Source: Nitrospirales bacterium
GTDB lineage: Bacteria > Nitrospirota > Nitrospiria > Nitrospirales > UBA8639
NCBI GenBank assembly: GCA_965203295.1
Contig: CBDBCZ010000019.1
Coordinates: 2,336,001 to 2,400,000, forward strand
DNA: 64,000 nucleotides
Direction: 5' to 3'
Part shown: one piece after another, positions 61,595-64,000 of the stretch
How positions within the stretch are numbered: the stretch's first letter is position 1
Layout: each line of letters opens with the position of its first letter
The notes under the pieces: model-generated
The model's database searches: none
Told to the model about the DNA's origin: nothing
What the model saw: the letters and a program-made list of their open reading frames with translations, nothing else
Position numbers and translations under genes: made by a program

Positions 61595-62065
61595 TTGTCA
61601 TCGAGGATCCTGCTTCTTATGATTTTTCATTCTGCCTGGAGATCCTGCCAGACAATCTGCCTAGTGCTTGGTTTGATGCTGAGCCTCTTCCTATTGGGCA
61701 CGGCGACTGCCCAGGAGTCACCTCGAACACCTGGTGAAATGGTCCGACTATGGCTCAAGGTTTACCCGAAAGATTTAGAACAGGCTGCACACCTCACCAC
61801 ACTTTCCTTTCGACAGGGCGTATCCAAAAAGGACTGGGTAGAGACCCAAGGCCCGCTCCTTGGCGGGTTGCGGATGCGGTATGGCCAGGCCACCGTGATG
61901 TACGAGAAGATCCGGGGAGAGGAGGCTCAAGTTATCGTGCGTGCCCGTATATCCGGCTTCATGCTAGGAAGTCAAATGAAAGAGGAATTGCATTTCCTCC
62001 AAAAGGGTCCAGAGGGGTCATGGCTGGTTAACCGGATCGTGGAGTATACGGAGAATTATCAATAG
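61595..62065 (+). CDS. Exported hypothetical protein (NTF2-like fold possible)
   Basis: Signal peptide ending ATA-QES and a C-terminal GSWLVNRI. The start is uncertain. Confidence 0.7.
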   Translation: MSSRILLLMIFHSAWRSCQTICLVLGLMLSLFLLGTATAQESPRTPGEMVRLWLKVYPKDLEQAAHLTTLSFRQGVSKKDWVETQGPLLGGLRMRYGQATVMYEKIRGEEAQVIVRARISGFMLGSQMKEELHFLQKGPEGSWLVNRIVEYTENYQ

Positions 62066-62232
62066 TCACGAGAATCTTTTATTCTCTCTCAATTTCCCAC
62101 CAAGCTCCTGACACCTAAACCGCAAAGCTGACCATACATCGTCGATCGAGATCTGTCTGAGATGTCTGTCTTCCGCCCTGACGATTTCTTTGGATAACAC
62201 ACCCAAGTGGGTTCCGGTCATGACCTCCCCCT

Positions 62233-62307
62233 GTCATTCCCGTGGAAACGGGAATCCAGGTCTTGTTGGGAAAACCCTGGATGCCCGCTTACGACGGCGG
62301 GCATGAC
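62233..62307. repeat. REP-like paired palindromic element (GTCATTCCC-N8-GGGAATCCAG … CTGGATGCCCGC-N8-GCGGGCATGAC)
   Basis: Two inverted hairpin units in the gap between convergent genes. The first has the ATTCCC-N8-GGGAAT core known from dRS3-type repeats. Confidence 0.75.
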
Positions 62308-62437
62308 GACCAAGGTCCCCTGCGTATCGCAGGCTTCTCAACTTCATCTGATAGTATCCGTCAACTGAAATTCAAGTTTTTTACAGCTGAGGTCAGTCAT
62401 GAAATTCCATATTCACCTTTATCGAACGGCTTCATGA

Positions 62438-64000
62438 TCAAAGCTCCGTAACCTGCAAGTACGCCTCATACCAGCGCTTGATTTCACGGACGTATTTCAC
62501 CGGTTCAGCGCCACGGCAGTACCCGTGGCGGGCTTTGCGGGCGTACTTGCGCTTCGAAAGTAAAAGAATTGCCTTCTCCACATTCCCAAACCAGCGGTTG
62601 GGATTCATCCTTAACTTCCGAGCCAAGCGTCGAGCATCCCACACATGCCCGTAACCCGCGTTGTACGCAGCCAACGTAAACCACATCCGGTCCTCTACGG
62701 GCAGCTCCGGTTCAAACCGATCCCGTACCCAATCGAGATAGTGCACCCCTGCATGAATCCCGGCTTCAGGCGTGCGAAAATCGTGAAAGCCTAAACTCTT
62801 CGCCGTCCGAGGAAGCACCTGCATCAGCCCCACTGCGCCAGCCCAAGAGCGGGCCTCGTGATCGAAGCGACTTTCTTGATACATTTGCGCCACCACCAAT
62901 CGCCAGTCAAACCCAAACTGATCTGCATACTTTTGCACCAAGGCATCGTAGGGAGAAAGTTCACCCGTGCGGCTTGCGCGAAACTCGACGTGTGTGCACA
63001 TAGTGCGCGCGTTCTTAAAATATTTGTTCAGGGTGATGTTATAAAATACCCCACGGTATTCTTTCTTCATGTATTGATTGATGGCATCCAACAGCGCGTG
63101 GTTGGACACGCGCACGGCCCAGCCATGCGCTTCAGGATCGGTCACTGGAAACGCTGCGCGAATGTCTTCGCGCCATGTCAATTCAATATCGAGGAGATTG
63201 CTGTCGGCTACCGTCAAGTCGTACTCGCCTGTGGCCACCTTCACAATGATCTCTTCAGTTTCGAGATCCTCAGGCGCGGCCTCTAACGTCAGCGCAATGC
63301 CTTGACCTTTAAGTGCCTCAAGCCGTCTGCCAATACGCGCTACTGCGGCGAACCACAAGAGTACGACCGGCAAGATCCTCTGGTCCCTGAAGTTGATCAT
63401 CCGGTTCATCAGCACGAGTGACGACAATTTCAGAAGCTTTAAAGTAGGGCCTGGAAAAGGCCACACCCTGGGCTTCCCGCTCAGGTAAAATCGTCATCGA
63501 AGCCGCAATTACATCGCCTTTCCCTTCCACCAACCATGGGATCAGATCCTCTCGACTCGGCGGCACTACCATCTCCACTCGTAGCTTGTGCTTCTTGGCA
63601 AAATGTCGCGCCAACTCGTACTCAAAGCCCAGCAGTTCCCCGCGCCACAGGAAATACGTGGCAGGATTATTCCGGGTCAGTACCCACAAGACGCCATGTT
63701 TCTTAATGCCCCCAAGATCATCGCGTGATACGGAAGGACGGGAATGAGCCAACTTGGCATCAGTCAGAATCGTATTGAGCGCAGCGAGCAAGTTAGGAGC
63801 ATTGGGACGTACACCCCAGGCCACCGGGCGATCCTTTGTCAGGTCAAACGACGGCCGCAGGTCAGATCGATAAGTGAGCACGGCGCGCATCAAATTGCTA
63901 TCGACCACGGTGACATCGAAGTCACCATGCGCCACGCCATCCAAGAGTTGTTCCGGATCCAAATGCGCGGGAGCCTCCTGAATTTGAATGTCGGGATGTT
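62438..64000 (-). pseudogene. mltF: MltF-like protein (solute-binding domains plus SLT lytic transglycosylase), frameshifted; the 5' end lies beyond the window
   Basis: GFEYELA, YQESRF, GAVGLMQV, LAAYNAG and GYCRGAEPVKYV motifs. One extra G near 63323 turns WQT-LEAL into WQTA*. Confidence 0.85.

Noticed and set aside
1..64000. CRISPR array, rRNA, prophage or IS transposase
   Set aside because: No regularly spaced repeats, rRNA-like sequence, phage genes or transposase motifs were found on reading.

Overview
This is a bacterial chromosomal window, probably from a Nitrospirota (Nitrospira-like) organism; the taxonomy is inferred from gene order and protein style and was not searched. Most of it is housekeeping, mainly on the minus strand. 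It contains aspartate-family amino acid genes (alaC-hom-thrC-apgM-like-lysC-cimA), ihfA-merR-tRNA-Pro, pdxJ-nnr-tsaE-mutS, the rimP-nusA-infB-rbfA-truB-rpsO-pnp block, tRNA-Lys, folD-metF-panB-purA, the fab/plsX cluster, rpsF-ssb-rpsR, ispE-prs-rplY-pth-ychF and pilB-pilT-pilC. Three things stand out beyond the ORF track. (1) At 57.98-58.76 kb there is an unannotated integron relic: an intI C-terminal fragment, a candidate attI, one YCII-family cassette with a mutated start and an internal stop, and an 87-bp attC. The cassette lies downstream of intI and in the same orientation (the 'inverted integrase' layout), and the attC supplies the last codons and stop of the neighbouring gene. (2) Non-essential genes show widespread early decay (rimP, pilB, pilT motifs, mltF, ampG/DUF1295, an exported protein), while the core genes are open. 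(3) A strongly promoted pair of apparently paralogous exported proteins of unknown function sits between mutS and the M16 peptidase. Some indels could be sequencing errors, which the sequence alone cannot exclude.
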